A stretch of 64,000 nt of DNA from contig CAUYUJ010000070.1 in assembly GCA_963575745.1 (NCBI GenBank), forward strand, positions 372,001-436,000. The letters are read 5' to 3'. A program made the translations under genes and the position numbers. The stretch is from Prorocentrum cordatum (lineage: Eukaryota). The notes beneath the pieces are model-generated. The model was not told the DNA's origin, made no database searches, and saw nothing but the letters and a program-made list of their open reading frames with translations. Positions 1 to 12,357 of the stretch are shown here, piece by piece. Position 1 is the first letter of the stretch. Each line of letters begins with the position of its first letter.

Positions 1-616
1 ATGCACGTGCACACATGACGCCACCGTGTGTGGTTCCACCGTTATTTGGAGGCTCTCCAGTCTTGGCGTTGCCTCACAACCATATTGTAAAAAGCCACGC
101 GATGTGTGGGTTGAAAAAACAGCCCGCAAAAATCCTCGAATGGTTAATCCTCTTCGCTGTGTTCCCTTCCAACGCACGTCACCCGAACGTCCAAAGTTTA
201 GGTGCGCGACTTACCAAATTCAATACGAAGGCAACAGCTTTGATCACATATCAACAGGTTGTTCTAGACGGATTGTCCACCGGCATGCAAGCGCTTCCCT
301 CGGACACGTGCGCATAGTCTCCTCGCAAACACACGCGATCCTGAACTCTCTCACCTGCAGCATTCATGCACCCCTCACCCTGTGCAACATCATACCATGT
401 GTATCGGCAGCTGTACTTAGATGTTCTAGGATGTTCAGGTCGCATTTCTACTCTAGGCGCTTTCCAATGTCAATAGCCGAGTGGTTATTTCTCGTCCCCC
501 CTCTCCAGGGAGCTGGCGGGGGCCTACTCTCCAATGCCATTACGTTTCTCCCCACTTCTTCCGACCGATGGCTACCTGCTGCACCACCACGGTGCCCGGG
601 GCGGGGCATGAGGGAC

Positions 617-1110
617 TCCTCCTCCTCCCCCTCCTCCTCCCCTTTTCCCCCTTCCCCTCCTTCTCCTCCATCCCCATCGTCCTCCTCCTCCTCCTCCTCC
701 TCCTCCTGCTCCTCCTCCTCCTCCTCCTGCTCCTCCTCCTCCTCCTCCTCCTCCTCCTCCTCCTCCTCCTCCTCCTCCTCCTCCTCCTGCTCTCTTCCCT
801 CCGAGGATGCCCGGCCGGAGGCCCGCGCCGAGTGCCGGCGGCAGATGCGCGAGCTGGAGATCGGCTGCAGCCTGGTCGCCCGCCTGCGCACTCGGACGGC
901 GTCCTCTGCCGCGTGGACAGCGGCGCCCGCCCTCCTCCTCCTCCTCCTCTCCTCCTCCTCTCCTCTCCTTTCCTCTTCCTCCTCCTCCTCCTCCTCCTCC
1001 TCCTCCTCCTCCTCCTCCTCCTCCTCCTCCTCCTCCTCCTCCCCCTCCCCCCTTCCTCCTCCTCTTCCTCCTCCTCGTGGGGAGGTGAGGAGGAGGAGGA
1101 GGAGGAGGAG
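617..1110. repeat. (CCT)n / (GAG)n low-complexity tracts flanking a short GC-rich island
   Basis: Direct reading: CCT runs at about 617-790 and 931-1075, then a GAG run to about 1110. Confidence 0.9.
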
Positions 1111-1240
1111 GTCTTCTCAGGAGGTTCGGAACGCCCCCCGGCCTTCTGAGGAGTGTTCAGAGCCTTCCCCGAAGACGCGCGCGAGTGCTTCTGAGAGGCC
1201 TCCCCGCCTTCTGAAAAGGCCTTTTCCTTCTCTAGGGGAC

Positions 1241-1439
1241 CACGTGCGAGCCCTACCCCTACCCCCCATTATTTCTGAAGGGAAGGGTGGGGTTCAGGTT
1301 CACTACCCCATCATTATTTCTGAGGCGAACCCCCCCACCCCCCACCCCCCCACTACCCCCACCCATTTCTGAGGCGAACGGAGTGAACCCCACCCTCCCC
1401 CTCAGCAATCGTGGGGGGTATGGATAGGGTTCGCATGTG
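1241..1439. mobile_element. MITE-like foldback element with ~55-bp imperfect terminal inverted repeats
   Basis: cacgtgcgagccctacccctaccccccattatttctgaagggaagggtggggttca pairs in reverse complement with tgaaccccaccctccccctcagcaatcgtggggggtatggatagggttcgcatgtg. Confidence 0.65.
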
Positions 1440-1512
1440 TCGGGCCGGACGTTTGGGGGGGATTGGGAAAGCGGGGGTTACGAAATTTGCTGCATGCAGC
1501 TGGTTTCGGCCC
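1440..1512 (+). mobile_element. Truncated left end of MITE family A (TCGG...CCGA, 185 bp when full length)
   Basis: tcgggcc...gggggttacgaaatttgctgcatgcagctggtttcggccc matches the copies at 35887 and 36758. Confidence 0.8.
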
Positions 1513-1517
1513 GTCTC

Positions 1518-1950
1518 GATGGCCTGACCAGCATCCGCATGAGACGAAACAACCGCAGCCTTGTCGGTAGAAACAGTGGCCTCCATGTGAGTCTCCAGAG
1601 CCACCAAGAGGTCCACCGAGGCCTTCTTAAGCGAGGAAACCACCGACTTAGACGTCCCAGAGCTCGAAAGCCCGTAGTCATCAATGTAGATGTCCAGGGA
1701 GACTTGCTGGGGGAACCTGATGGGGTCCACAGTAGGAATAACGCAAACACGCACAAAGGATGTAGCCATACTGCATCCAGCCACAACCCCGTGCGTGACG
1801 AAATGGGGCCCGTGCAGGAGGCCCCCAAGAGAAACAAAGCGAGCTCCTCGATCAGCCCTAGCCGATATCCTGGCAATCCAAGGCCTGGCACCGATCAAGC
1901 AGCTTGGGAAGCCGAACCGTCTCGTAAAAATTACACAAATCCTATAGGAT
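1518..1950 (-). pseudogene. Decayed non-LTR (LINE-like) reverse transcriptase fragment
   Basis: Minus strand reads IL*DLCNFYETV (RT motif A-like, with a stop) in one frame. After a frameshift it reads RGARFV..GVVAGCSMATSFVRV (motif B-like) and LDIYIDDY (YxDD at 1677-1688), followed by ..STDKAAVVSS. Confidence 0.8.
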
Positions 1951-2002
1951 CTTCCAATAGCTATGCCCACGACCGACGACATGCTCGCTCTTGACCCAAG
2001 GG

Positions 2003-2270
2003 GAGGAGGAGGAGGAGGAGGAGGAGCAGGAGGAAGAGGAGGAGGAGGTGGAGGTGGAGGTGGAGGTGGAGGTGGAGGTGGAGGAGGAGGAGGAGGTGGA
2101 GGAGGAGGAGGAGGAGGAGGAGGAGGAGGAGGGAGGAGGAGGGGGAGGAGGAGGAGGAGGAGGAGGAGGAGGAGGGGGAGCAGGAGGAGGAGGAGGAGGA
2201 GGAGGAGGAGGAGCAGGAGGAGGGCGAGCAGGAGGAGGAGGAGCAGGAGGAGGAGCAGCAGGAGGAGGAG
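2003..2270. repeat. (GAG)n / (GAGGTG)n microsatellite
   Basis: Direct reading. Confidence 0.95.
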
Positions 2271-2421
2271 TCGCCTGCCGCCCCGCGCGGGCCCTGCTCT
2301 CCGGGCATCGCTGTAGACTCTCTGCGCGCCCCGCGTTCGCCGGGGAGCCGGCGCGCACCACGGGCTCGAGCCACAGGCTCAGGGGCAACGATGGAGTGGA
2401 GGCCCATGTCGAGAAACATTA

Positions 2422-2579
2422 TGACCAGCCTGGAACACATCCCTATCCCTATGCTGGGCACCTCCTCATCACGATGCCAATCTTAGGGATTCCCTTATCT
2501 TTTGAGGGCGAATCCCTAAGGTTGTCATCGCCTTTTGGCGTGTCAATCTTAGGGACAGGGATACGTTCGAGGCTGGTAA
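2422..2579. mobile_element. MITE family B (TTACCAGCC...GGCTGGTAA), 5-bp TSD catta
   Basis: About 27-bp TIR. catta occurs at 2417-2421 and 2580-2584. Second copy at 36336-36496. Confidence 0.8.
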
Positions 2580-2772
2580 CATTATTCTCGTAGTATGTTG
2601 AGCGTTTCCAAAAACAAGAGTTCCGCGGCTGTGGTGTGGCTCTCGCGTTAGCGCTGTGCGCACGCGGATCGTGGGCGGTCTCATCCTGGGTCTGGTTCTT
2701 GCCTCGGCGCCGCGCACGGCCTCCAGAAGCATGCGCGCGGGGTGCGGGCATGGAGCGAGGTTCGTTTTCATG

Positions 2773-2948
2773 CAGTGGGGGCCCATGCCAAGAAACACCC
2801 TGCTTGCCTCCAGGGTGCCCTGGGCTTCTTGGGTTTCGACGGTTTTGCTGTGGGAAGCGCGACGTTCCCACGCCAAAAATCGATGGACTTCCTGGGGTCT
2901 CAGGGTTGGGTTTCTTGTGGGAGGTTTCTTGTGGTCGGGCCCCTCCTG
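2773..2948. mobile_element. MITE family C (CAGTGG...CTG, TA-flanked, ~176 bp)
   Basis: Homologous to 31292-31467, about 51039-51212 and the partial copy at 52833-52920. Confidence 0.8.
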
Positions 2949-3401
2949 TACAGGCCAGTCGTTGACTGTAAGTAGTTCTGGATTCCTAGATCGCAGTCTA
3001 TTTCCAGCGCCTTCCTACTTCAACGATCGATACGCTTCGGTCGGGTTCCGTTGTGCTCTGGGAGGGCCTGGACCCAATCTCCCTGATCCGCGTTCCTACC
3101 TCATATTTCCACCCACTTCTTCCGACCGACGTGCCGGGGGGAGGACTATCTGGGGGGGGCGGCTGTCCCAGACCCCCTCGAGTCATGAAAAATCGCCCCG
3201 GGAGGTTTTCCCTTATTCAATCGCTTCGCTCATTCCGCCGGCCTATATTGTAGCATCGCTGGCACTCGCTTGCGTGCTTGGGGGGGGCATTTGGGGGGCC
3301 TCCTGGGGCCGCTTGGGGGCCTCTTGGGGGAGGTTTTCCCTTATTCTCGGCCTCCGGGGGCCCTTCCCGGGCGTCGGGGCCGTCAGACACCGACCTGGGA
3401 T

Positions 3402-3473
3402 CACAAGCCGGTCCTGGGGAACAGGTCGAGACCTCTTGGGGTCGATGGTCTGAACAACTTGTGACGTCGGGGT
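3402..3473 (+). repeat. Dispersed repeat D
   Basis: aagccggtcctggggaacaggtcgagacctcttggggtcga...tgacgtcggggt recurs at about 10251-10325 and partly at about 16485-16530. Confidence 0.65.
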
Positions 3474-3504
3474 TTTGGGATCAGGGATAGTTATCAGGTG
3501 GGGA

Positions 3505-3872
3505 CTTCCAGGGATGACTATCCGGGGGGGGAAAGGCACCCATACCTTTGTCCTGTCCTTTCCTTGTGTTCCACTTCTGGGCCTGCCGCGAAGCCCCAAT
3601 CGCCACCGCTGCATTCGCCTCGAGATTCTGGTCAGAACGCCCCCGGGAGAGGTATGGGGAGTAGCGGTATCGGTCAGGGGCCACGATAGGGGGGGACGGG
3701 CACAGGGGGGGGGACGCAGTGACCCCCCATCGCCCATGGATCGCCGGTCGGGATCTGATGGCCCCACCCCTCCCAGGAACGTGCGGATTTGCTATGGGGA
3801 GCCCATCGCCGATCTATCGGAGATGTATCACCGATTCCAGGTCGATATTTCCCCCTGTGCCAGTCCCCCCCC
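3505..3872 (+). mobile_element. Dispersed repeat family E (~330-370 bp)
   Basis: Colinear with 46051-46381 (cgccaccgctg.attcgcctcgaga..tggtcagaacgc.cccgggagaggt ... gattccaggtcgat...ccctgtgccagtccccc). Fragments at about 37060-37155, 50830-51015, 53620-53715 and 56060-56145. Confidence 0.75.
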
Positions 3873-4574
3873 CCCTCGTTGCCCCTCACAGGCGCCCCGC
3901 CTCCTCCTTCCTTCCTTTCCTGTTCCTCCCTCTCGGTGTCGTGCATCCTCCCTCCTTCCTCTCGCTTCCCCCTTCGTCCCTTCTCCCTCCTCCCCCCCCT
4001 CCGCCCTCGCTCTTCTCCAGCCTCCCTTCCCTCTCACTCCTGTTCTTTCCCCTGCTCTTCCCACTCTCGTCCTCATCCCCATCCCCCCTTCCTTTCTCTC
4101 CTTCCCCCCCCCCCCCCGCGTCCTCCTGCTTTCTGCTTCGCATCCCTCTCCTCCACCTCTGCCGCTTGCGCTTCTGATCCAGCGGAGCTCCATCTCAGAG
4201 AGCCCAGCATCCAAAAGGCGAGAAGGCCGAAGGCGAGGGACACAGTAATTAGGTGGACACGAGGAAGGTGGAGTAAAAGCCGAATGAGTATGAGGGGCAG
4301 GACCAGAGCTGAGCGGGAGCAGGAACAGAAACAGTGTCAGGAGCGAGTGGGGCAATAAAAGCGATAGGGTACTAGGAGATCGGCACCATGCGACAATGTG
4401 AGAGGGAGCCAGGCCCAACAGGGTCAGGAACAAAACCACGAGGAGGAATATCATGTTCACAAGGAGCACGGTGTGGATGACATGGGTGCGACGGAGAAGC
4501 TTCAGGAGGATTTTCATCGATGATGAAGAGGAGAGGTGGTGGAGGAGGACATTGACCAGGAGGGTGATGACCGG

Positions 4575-5043
4575 GAGGAGGAGGAGGAGGAGGAGGCGGC
4601 GGAAGAGGACCAAGAAATGGAGGATGACGAGGAATCTCAGGGTGAGGAGAACGACGATGAGGACTTAGGAGGAGGAGGAGGAGGAGGAGGAAGAGGAGGA
4701 GGAGGAGGAGGAGGAGGAGGAGCAGGAGGAGGAGTAGGGGGAGACATAACGTGGAGGGAAGGGCGGCGAGGAAGAGAAGGGCGACGCGTAACACGACGAA
4801 CACGAGGATTGAGTGACGAGGACGCGGAGGGCGATGATGACGATGTTGTTGGTAATAATGACGAGATGACGATGACGTTGGTGATGCGGTTGTTGATGAT
4901 GATGCTGATGCTGATTATGATGATGCTGATGACGATGATGGTGGTGGGGAGGGTGATGATTATGCTGAGTATGATTATGAGTACGATTATGATGTCCACG
5001 GTGGTGATGATGCCGACGACAATGCTGATGATGATGTCGATGG

Positions 5044-5074
<31 letters not shown>

Positions 5075-5220
5075 GATGATGATGATGCTGACGATGATGA
5101 TGATGATGGTGGTGATGGTGATGGTGATGGTGATTGTGATGGTGATGACGTTGCTGGTGATGATGATGGTGATGATGCTGTCGAGGATGACGATGTTGCT
5201 GGTGATGCTGAGGATGATGG

Positions 5221-5264
<44 letters not shown>

Positions 5265-5300
5265 GTGGTGATGCTGATGTTGATGGTGGTGGTGAGGAGG
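4575..5300. repeat. GAG tract followed by a degenerate (GAT)n tract
   Basis: Direct reading. Confidence 0.9.
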
Positions 5301-5680
5301 ATGAGGAGAAGAAGGGAACGGTATGACCCACGAACTCCGCCAGGATCCCGAGGCTGCCTGGCGGCGAAGCCGTGGGTGCTGAGGACGCACATCCCTTGTG
5401 CTGCGCCTCCTCGTCCTCGCCCTTCGCCTGCTACACCCTCCTCAACGATGTCACCCTCCTCCTCCTCCACCTCCTCCTCCTCCTCCTCCTCGTCCTCCTC
5501 CTCCTCCTCCTCCTCCTCCTCCTCCTCCAGTCGGCTGCCCATTCCCTTCCCTTCTCGGCCCCTCCTCCGCTGTCCCTCGAGCCATGCTGGCCTGCGGCGG
5601 CCGCGGTGCACGCGGGTTGCCGCTCGGTGTCTTGCCACAGGCGATTGCCTCACACGCGCTGTTCTCAGCCAGCTCGCGTA

Positions 5681-5856
5681 CAGTCGGGGCCCTGAAGAAG
5701 GAACCCTTTTGGTTGGGGAGGGGCTCCGCGTTCCGTAAGTGTTTCACAGCTTGTCTTGGGCTTCCCTTGGGTTTTCGATACGAAATCGGAGTTCAATTTA
5801 TGGAAAATAGGGGCCTCGTTCCTTATTGAGGGTTCCTTAGGGCAACGCCTCGACCG
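5681..5856. mobile_element. MITE family F (CAGTCGGGGCC...GGCCCCGACTG), TA-flanked; this copy sits inside a 19-bp direct duplication
   Basis: Second copy at 19383-19559. Flanks are ttctcagccagctcgcgta (5662-5680) and ttctcagccagcttgcgta (5859-5877). Confidence 0.8.
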
Positions 5857-6884
5857 TATTCTCAGCCAGCTTGCGTACCGACGGAGGTCCCGCATATGGC
5901 ATCACAGTCAGCCGCCGCTTCCTCCCCGACCCCTTCCTCTTCCTGGTCGTGCTCCAAGTGCCCCCCTGGCGGCCAACGGGCCCCAACACAACCATCCTCA
6001 TCACAGGTGCGTCGACTGTATTGCGCACGTGTTGGGACGCCAGGCTGAACTTCAGAATTCCGCCTTCCCTCCTCGGCACGACCCTCCGCCTCCCTATCTT
6101 CCACTTCCTCCCGGGGAGCAGGATGGGGTGCACCGTGTGGGGCGGGGGGAGGGATTGGATGGGACGGAATGAGGACGAGGGGACGGGGCAGGACGACAAC
6201 GAGCTGAGTGGGTGAAGAGGGGGGGAAGGAAGGAGTGGAGGGCGGAAGGGAGGGAGGAGCATTTTAGACGCTCCGCGTACCCCCACGAGCCCTGAAGTGC
6301 CTGTCGGACCTGCTCGTTTTCCTCGGGCCCTATGCCGACTTACAGCGGGTGATCGACCTCTGCGTGTTCATGGTCGCGCCGTCGCGCTATTTTGGCTGCG
6401 CCTACTTGATGGTCGCCACCAGGATTTCCACAATTTCCACCCACGCCACCGGGTTGGGAGTGCCGCTCCTGGGGCACTTCAGAGTGACTGCCCGCGCGTT
6501 CGCTTCGCTTGCCACTCTCTGCGCCTGTCTTGCTTTTCCGCTTTCCGCTTTTCTGCTGCCTCGTCGTGGCCGGGCTACAGTTTGGACGCCTTTTGACCCG
6601 CTTCACGAGGCCGCTGGCCAAAAAGGACCCCCACAAGCCCATTCAGAATCGATGCCCAGATGAGCTGCCTTGATCCGGGGTGTGGAGGAGCATGCAGTGG
6701 AATAGCGTGCTGAGTAAAAGCAACGTCATGCCCCAAGAGGGGGAGGATAGAGGAGCATAGGAGGAGGAGGAGTGTGGAGAGAGGGGGGAGGATGGAGGGG
6801 GGAAGGGGAGGAGGAGGAATAGGCGGATGAAGACGAGGAGGAGGAGGAGGCGGAGGAGGAGGAGGAGGTGGAGGAGTGCTCAGG

Positions 6885-7365
6885 TGCCTCGTGGCAACCT
6901 CCTGGGGTAATCCTGGAGTGTATTGGGGGCCTCGTGGCGGTAAGGGGCCTTCTGACAGCGTTTTGGGTGCCTCGGAGGAGCCTCTTGGGGTCTCTTGAGG
7001 ATCGCTTTGCGGGTTTCTTGGGGGGGCTCTTGGGGTCTCCTGGGCGCCTCTTGTTGCCCTCTTGGGGACCTTTCGGGTTCCTTGGGGGCTATATTGAAGC
7101 CATTTCGGATGATACCCATCATGGACGGAGGGATTCTGAATTGCCCCCCGCCCCCCCCCCACCCTCCCCAGGAGGCCACATTCGGCCCAACACTTTCGTA
7201 ACATCAATGGTGTGTGCTGTTTCGTCGAGGCCATCGTGGACGCCCCAACGCCTCGCAGAACCTCCCGTCCAGGTCCAGGGGGGGGTAAACCCTCCCTGAA
7301 TGGGAAGAGGAGGGGGTGGAAGAGGAACCGCTCTAAACCAATCACGCCCTAAAGGGCTGGTGGTA
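6885..7365 (-). mobile_element. Family G Helentron-like non-autonomous element, partial (head plus GGGGCCTCTT-type internal repeats)
   Basis: gggggtaaaccctccc...gggtggaagaggaa.cgc.ctaaacca..acgccc.aagggctggtgg is shared with the copies ending at 34483, 59294, 59908 and 62645. Confidence 0.7.
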
Positions 7366-7694
7366 TTAGAAGGATGACGGGGATGAGCTTTAGGAGGCGG
7401 ACGCGATGATAAGACACTCCTTGTTTCAGTACAGGGGGGTGGTGGCGGTGGCTCCTCGTGTCATCGCCGCGGTGCTCGAGTCGATGCTTCTCTCTTTGGC
7501 CTGCTGATGGTTTCGCAGGACGCGTCTGGAGCCTGGCGGGGGTGACCCCCCGCGACGGCGTGCTCGTGGGTTCGGAGTCCGAGCTGGTCCAGCCGGGACA
7601 CGAAGGCCGGCCTCGACCTCCTCTTCCTCCTCCTTCCCATCCTCCGCCTCCTACTCCTCCGTCAATTTCCTTGTTCCCTTCATCCGTCCATGCG

Positions 7695-8990
7695 GATACT
7701 GATGCTGATGATGATGTTGCTGATGATGATACCGGGGATGCTGATTGTGACGCTGATGATGATAATGATGGTGATGATTGTCATGAAGTAAGATGTTGGG
7801 ATGGTATTTATGATCATGTTGATTATCATGTCGGTGATGGTGATGGCGATGGCGATGGTGAGGATGATCATGGATATGATGATGAGGGTGATGATGATGA
7901 TGATGATGATGCTGATGATGATGATGATAGTAAGGCGGAGTGTGATAATCATGATGACGATGATGACGATGTTGATGATGATACTGATGCTGCTGATGAT
8001 GATGGTGATGACGAGTCTGATGGCGCCGATTATGATGATGGTTGTGATAATGATGTTGACGATGATGATGCTGATGCTGATGCTGCTGATGATGCCGATG
8101 CCGAGGATGCTGATTCTGATGTTGATAATGATGAGGATGGTGGTGGTGAGGCTGATGATGGTGATGGATGATGTTGGGATGGTAATGATGATCATGTTGA
8201 TGAGATTGATGCTGATTTTGGTTATGTTGTGGCTATTGAGGATGGCGATACTGATGATGATTATGGTTATGATGATGATGATGGCGACGATGATTATCAC
8301 GATGCTGGCGAAGACGACGATGACGACAATGATGATGCTGACGATGATGATGGCAGGACTGATGCTGATAGTGATTTTGCTGGTGACGATTACGATGATG
8401 ATAGTGGTGATGATGGTGGTTATGACGATGACGGTGACAACAACGACGCCGACGACGATGATGATGATGTGATGGTTATGATGGTCTGATGATGATGGTA
8501 ATGGTGATGGTGTTGGTTGTGAGGAGGGTGCGTGTGATGAGTATCATGATGAGAATGAGGCGCAGGATGAGGAGGATGATGCTGCTGATGAGAATGACGA
8601 TGCGGATGGGGATTGAGATGAGGATGAGGGTGATGCTGAGGATGATGATCAGGATGATGATGACTATGACGCTGGTGAAGACGGTGGCGTTGGTGATCAT
8701 GATGGCGGTGGTGCTCATGATGGTAAAGACGATGCTGATAATGGCAATACGAATGATAATAATGGATGATGTTGGGATGGTAGTGTTGATGCTGATGATG
8801 ATGCTGATGATGATGATAATGATAATGATGATGATGATGCTGATGATGATGATGATGATGATGAGGATGATGATGTTCATGTTGATGCTGATGCTGATGT
8901 TGATGATGATGTTGTTGAGAATGACGATGCTGATAATGAGGATGATGATGATGATGCTGCATATGGCGGTCATGCTGATGCTGATGCTGA
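7695..8990. repeat. Long degenerate (GAT)n tract
   Basis: Direct reading. Confidence 0.95.
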
Positions 8991-9329
8991 CTAGTGTATG
9001 GCGGTACCGATGAGGAGAGGAGCAGCTGCAGGATGAGCAGGAGTGGGGGGATGAGGAGTTGGAGGACGAGGACATGCAGCCGACGGGGACGGGGGTGCAG
9101 ACTTCCCCGGGCGCACTGCCCTGGCGCGCGATGCAGGAGGGGAGGGCCGACTGGGGCCGTGCCCGCACCCTGCCGGGCGGACCGCGTGCGGGATCGTCGT
9201 TTCGGCTCCCGGGCCGTTCCGGAGGGCCCGCCAGGGGAGGCCCGGGAGCGACAAGGGAGCCCCGCGAGGGGCGTGCGCTCTACCGTCGGACCGAGGTAGG
9301 AGATCGAGGTCGGGTCGGGGAGGGCTTTT

Positions 9330-9445
9330 GCATCGCTCGGACGTGTGCACTTCCTCTCGGCGAGACCCATCGAGGACCATCCTGGACCATCGAGCATCAA
9401 AAACACGCGCAAAGCCGACAACTGCACGGGAAGTGGACGTCCCAG
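9330..9445 (+). repeat. Dispersed repeat O
   Basis: gcatcgc.cggacgtgtgca...ccatcgagga.catcct.gacc...gtggacgtcc recurs at about 53942-54056. Confidence 0.65.
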
Positions 9446-9806
9446 CGACGGCAAGAGGGAAAGGGAAGTCCGAGCGACGTCCGAGCGACGGCCCCAGTGT
9501 TCTTCGTGATGGCTGGATGCTCTTGTGCGTGCGCCCCGGGGAGGGTGCCCCTGGATGTTCCGTTCGGCCCGGCCGGCAGAGGGCCTCCTGTTCTTGAGGC
9601 AAGGGCTCCCACGAGGGCGCGAAGTTATTCGCGCTTCGCGCTTCGCGGTCCTCGTTCCTTCTCCCCCTCCTCCTCGTCCTCCTTTTCTCCCTTTGGGGGG
9701 GCGGCGCGAGGGCGCGAAGTTATTCGCGCTTCGCGCTTCGCGGAGCGCGAAGCGCGAAGTTGGGAGCCCTAGTTGAGGGATGTTTCTGCTGGCCCAGGGC
9801 CGACTG

Positions 9807-9982
9807 CACACATGGTTCCTTCTTAAGTATTCGGAAGTTCTTTTATTTTTCTGGGGGGCTAGGATCCTTTCATTTCTAATGGTTCTATGCTGGGCCTCTT
9901 CCTGGCCACTAATTAGGGGGCCAGGAGCAAGTAGAAGCGAGCACAATTAGACATGAGCACGACTAGAAATGAGCGACGCGTG
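9807..9982. mobile_element. MITE family K (CAC..GTTCATTTCT...AGAAATGAAC..CGTG), degenerate copy
   Basis: Homologous to 14780-15042 and 16917-17092. Confidence 0.7.
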
Positions 9983-11256
9983 CAGCGCGGCGCGCCCACA
10001 AGGGACACTGCCGAATCGACGGCTGCATGGCATTGGCTGCAAGAGAAGGTATGCCCTCCGCGCCAGTGGACCGCGTGCGGGACCGTTGTTGGTTCCTGCC
10101 CCGTCCAAGGTTGCCCCAGGGGAGACCCAAGAGGGGTCCGAGCCCAGAACCCCTCGAGTCAGGAACAAAGCACGACTGGAGGTGTTTTGCCGTTTTCGGC
10201 CACTGGGGGCCCTTGCCATGCCTCGGGAGTGTCAAAACTGACTCGGGATGAAAAGCCGGTCCCGGGGAATGGGTCGAGACCTCTGGGGGTCGACGTTGTG
10301 AAAACAAATCACGACGTCGGGGTCTCTCTTGGGTGCTCGACGTTTTACAGGTGCGGCATGCTTGATGAACATTCCTACGGTCTTGACGCGCAGCTCCTGC
10401 AGTGTACTTCGGGCTTGTCATCATTGCTGGGTGAGCTTATCAAGCTATTATTTTGTTAGTGTAGGTCAGGCAGCATCTGATCATGATCATGTCAGGTGTT
10501 TGTCAACGTTTGCCCTGCCTGGTTCGTCATTTCGGTTTCCAGACTGCCAGTCTGGGACCGTTTGATTTGCACGTGGCATGGCCTCGCGTCCTGTCCCAGG
10601 TTCTCCACTGTGACTATGGTTGACAGTTTCGCTACTCTTTTGCCTTATTGCAGCCAGGTTTCGTTTCGCCGTCTCTCCACTGATGTAGTTTTCCGACGGT
10701 TCACTTCCCATTCCACTTGCCTTATCGTTGGTCGATGTTAGCACGTGTCTGCGTGGGAGATGCGCTCCAGCGTCAACGTGCGAAGTGCCTTCAGCATCGA
10801 GTGGCTGCTCAGTCGGCGTGTCGTGGGGCGTGCCCGCGGCGAGCGCCAGTATCTGCGCGGTGCCCGAACAAGTGGCACCTTATGCTTGCGAGCAACGATG
10901 CATTTGTGCGTGCGTCGGTGTACTATCCCACCGCGAGTGATCAATCCCCTGTGGGCGGATCCCTGGTTCCCCCCGCCGCGTGATATGTCTCGGCCGCGCT
11001 CGCTCCCCCGCTCGACTGCCTACGCCTCGCCGCCGCGCGAGTGGCCGCACATCCCAAAACATGTGTGCTGGGTATCGTTCGGCTTCGTCCTGCCCTTGGC
11101 GCTTGGGCACCCTGCGTTTTGCAGGAGGCCCCAGCACAACCCAGCGGCCGGGAAGCCAGAACCCTTTGACGATGGCCGCCGACGGTCCTGGTCCAGCGCA
11201 GGCCCGTTGCCGGCCGCCCGGTAGATGCTGGCTTGCCCCTCTGGCGGGGCCAACGC

Positions 11257-11450
11257 TTAAGTCGGGCGTGTCCCCCTACAGGGGGAGTTTCGACAAAAAA
11301 CAAAAAGTACACTAAAATAGTACAAAAATACTCCAAAAATAGTCTGGGGATTATTTTTCGAGGATTTTTGTTTTAAACCTTTTTAGTGTTTTTTTGTATT
11401 TTTCATTGTTTCGTCGACAATCCCCCTGTAGGGGGACACGCCCGACTTAA
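11257..11450. mobile_element. MITE family J, perfect 30-bp TIR, 8-bp TSD (hAT-like TSD length)
   Basis: TIRs ttaagtcgggcgtgtccccctacaggggga and tccccctgtagggggacacgcccgacttaa. Flanks gccaacgc and accaacgc. Confidence 0.9.
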
Positions 11451-11646
11451 ACCAACGCTGTGGCAGCTCGGTCTGGCAGCACACCTTCACGTGCACCTTC
11501 TCCCGCTTTCCCGCTCCGCGGCCGCGCTCCCTCTGTCCCAATCGCCCTGCGCTCCCTGGCCCCGTCGCGGCCCGCCAGCTCTCCGAGCGTGCTGGCTGAC
11601 AAAAAAGTGCGTGCGCGTCCTCTCCTGTCTGTGCTTCCCTTTTTGC

Positions 11647-12357
11647 TCCCAGCCACCCTGTGGTGTTGGGTCCCCGTTTTGAAAAGGCGGCGCCCCGAGT
11701 CGCTCCTTCCCTGCGGCTCCCCCTCCTCCCTCCTCCCCCTCCTTGCCTCTGCCCTCCACATTTCTCCTGCCCTCCTCCCCCTCCTCCCTCCTCCCTCCTC
11801 CCCCTCCTCCCTCCTGCCCTCCACATGTCTGTGTTTCGGCAGACCGCTCACACGTTTCGTGGCCCCACAAGGGGGCCCCACCGCAGGCCCCAGTGGGAGG
11901 GCTCGCACGGCATCGCCGCCCCACTTCGGCACACCCCTCACACGCTTCGGGGCCCCACGGGGAGCTCCACCCCAGGCCCCAGCGTAAGGGCTCGCACGGC
12001 ACCACGTGCGCTTCGTGGCCCTGGGGGCTCCACCGCAGGCGCCAGTGGGAGGGTTCGCATGACACCACCGCCCAATTTTTTGGCACACCCCTCACACGTT
12101 TCGTGGCCCCATAGGGAATTGCACCAAAGGCCCCCGTGACTGCGCTCCCATGCGCCCACCGAACCCATTTCGGCGCACGCCTTACATTTTTTGTTGGCCC
12201 TATCGGGAGCTGCACCGAAGGCCCCAGTGGCTGCGCTTGCATGCGCCCGCCGCTCCCATGTCACACGCTTCGTGGCCCCATGTGGATCCCCACCAGTGAC
12301 AATCTTCACAATTGCGTTACTCTCAAGTGCATACGGTCGGGCCCTTCGCCGGGCCAT
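11647..12357 (+). mobile_element. Family H Helentron-like element H1 with a degenerate ~90-bp internal array
   Basis: Has the conserved head tcccagccaccctgtggtgttgggtcc.cgttttgaa, about 5 diverged monomers, and the conserved tail ttcacaattgcg..act..caa.tgcata.ggt.ggg.ccttcgcc.ggc. Confidence 0.75.

Noticed and set aside
26..9946. Poly-E/S/P/L/M/D/H ORFs here and at 41295-42356, 47047-48709 and 51728-53258
   Set aside because: They are translations of GAG/CCT, GAT and CTA microsatellites.
10340..10740. Lower-GC unique segments with degenerate coding look (also 13860-14130, 26340-26650, 32400-32930, 42800-43190, 46430-46700)
   Set aside because: They contain multiple stops and no motif I could identify. 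They may be TE relics, but need BLASTX to decide.
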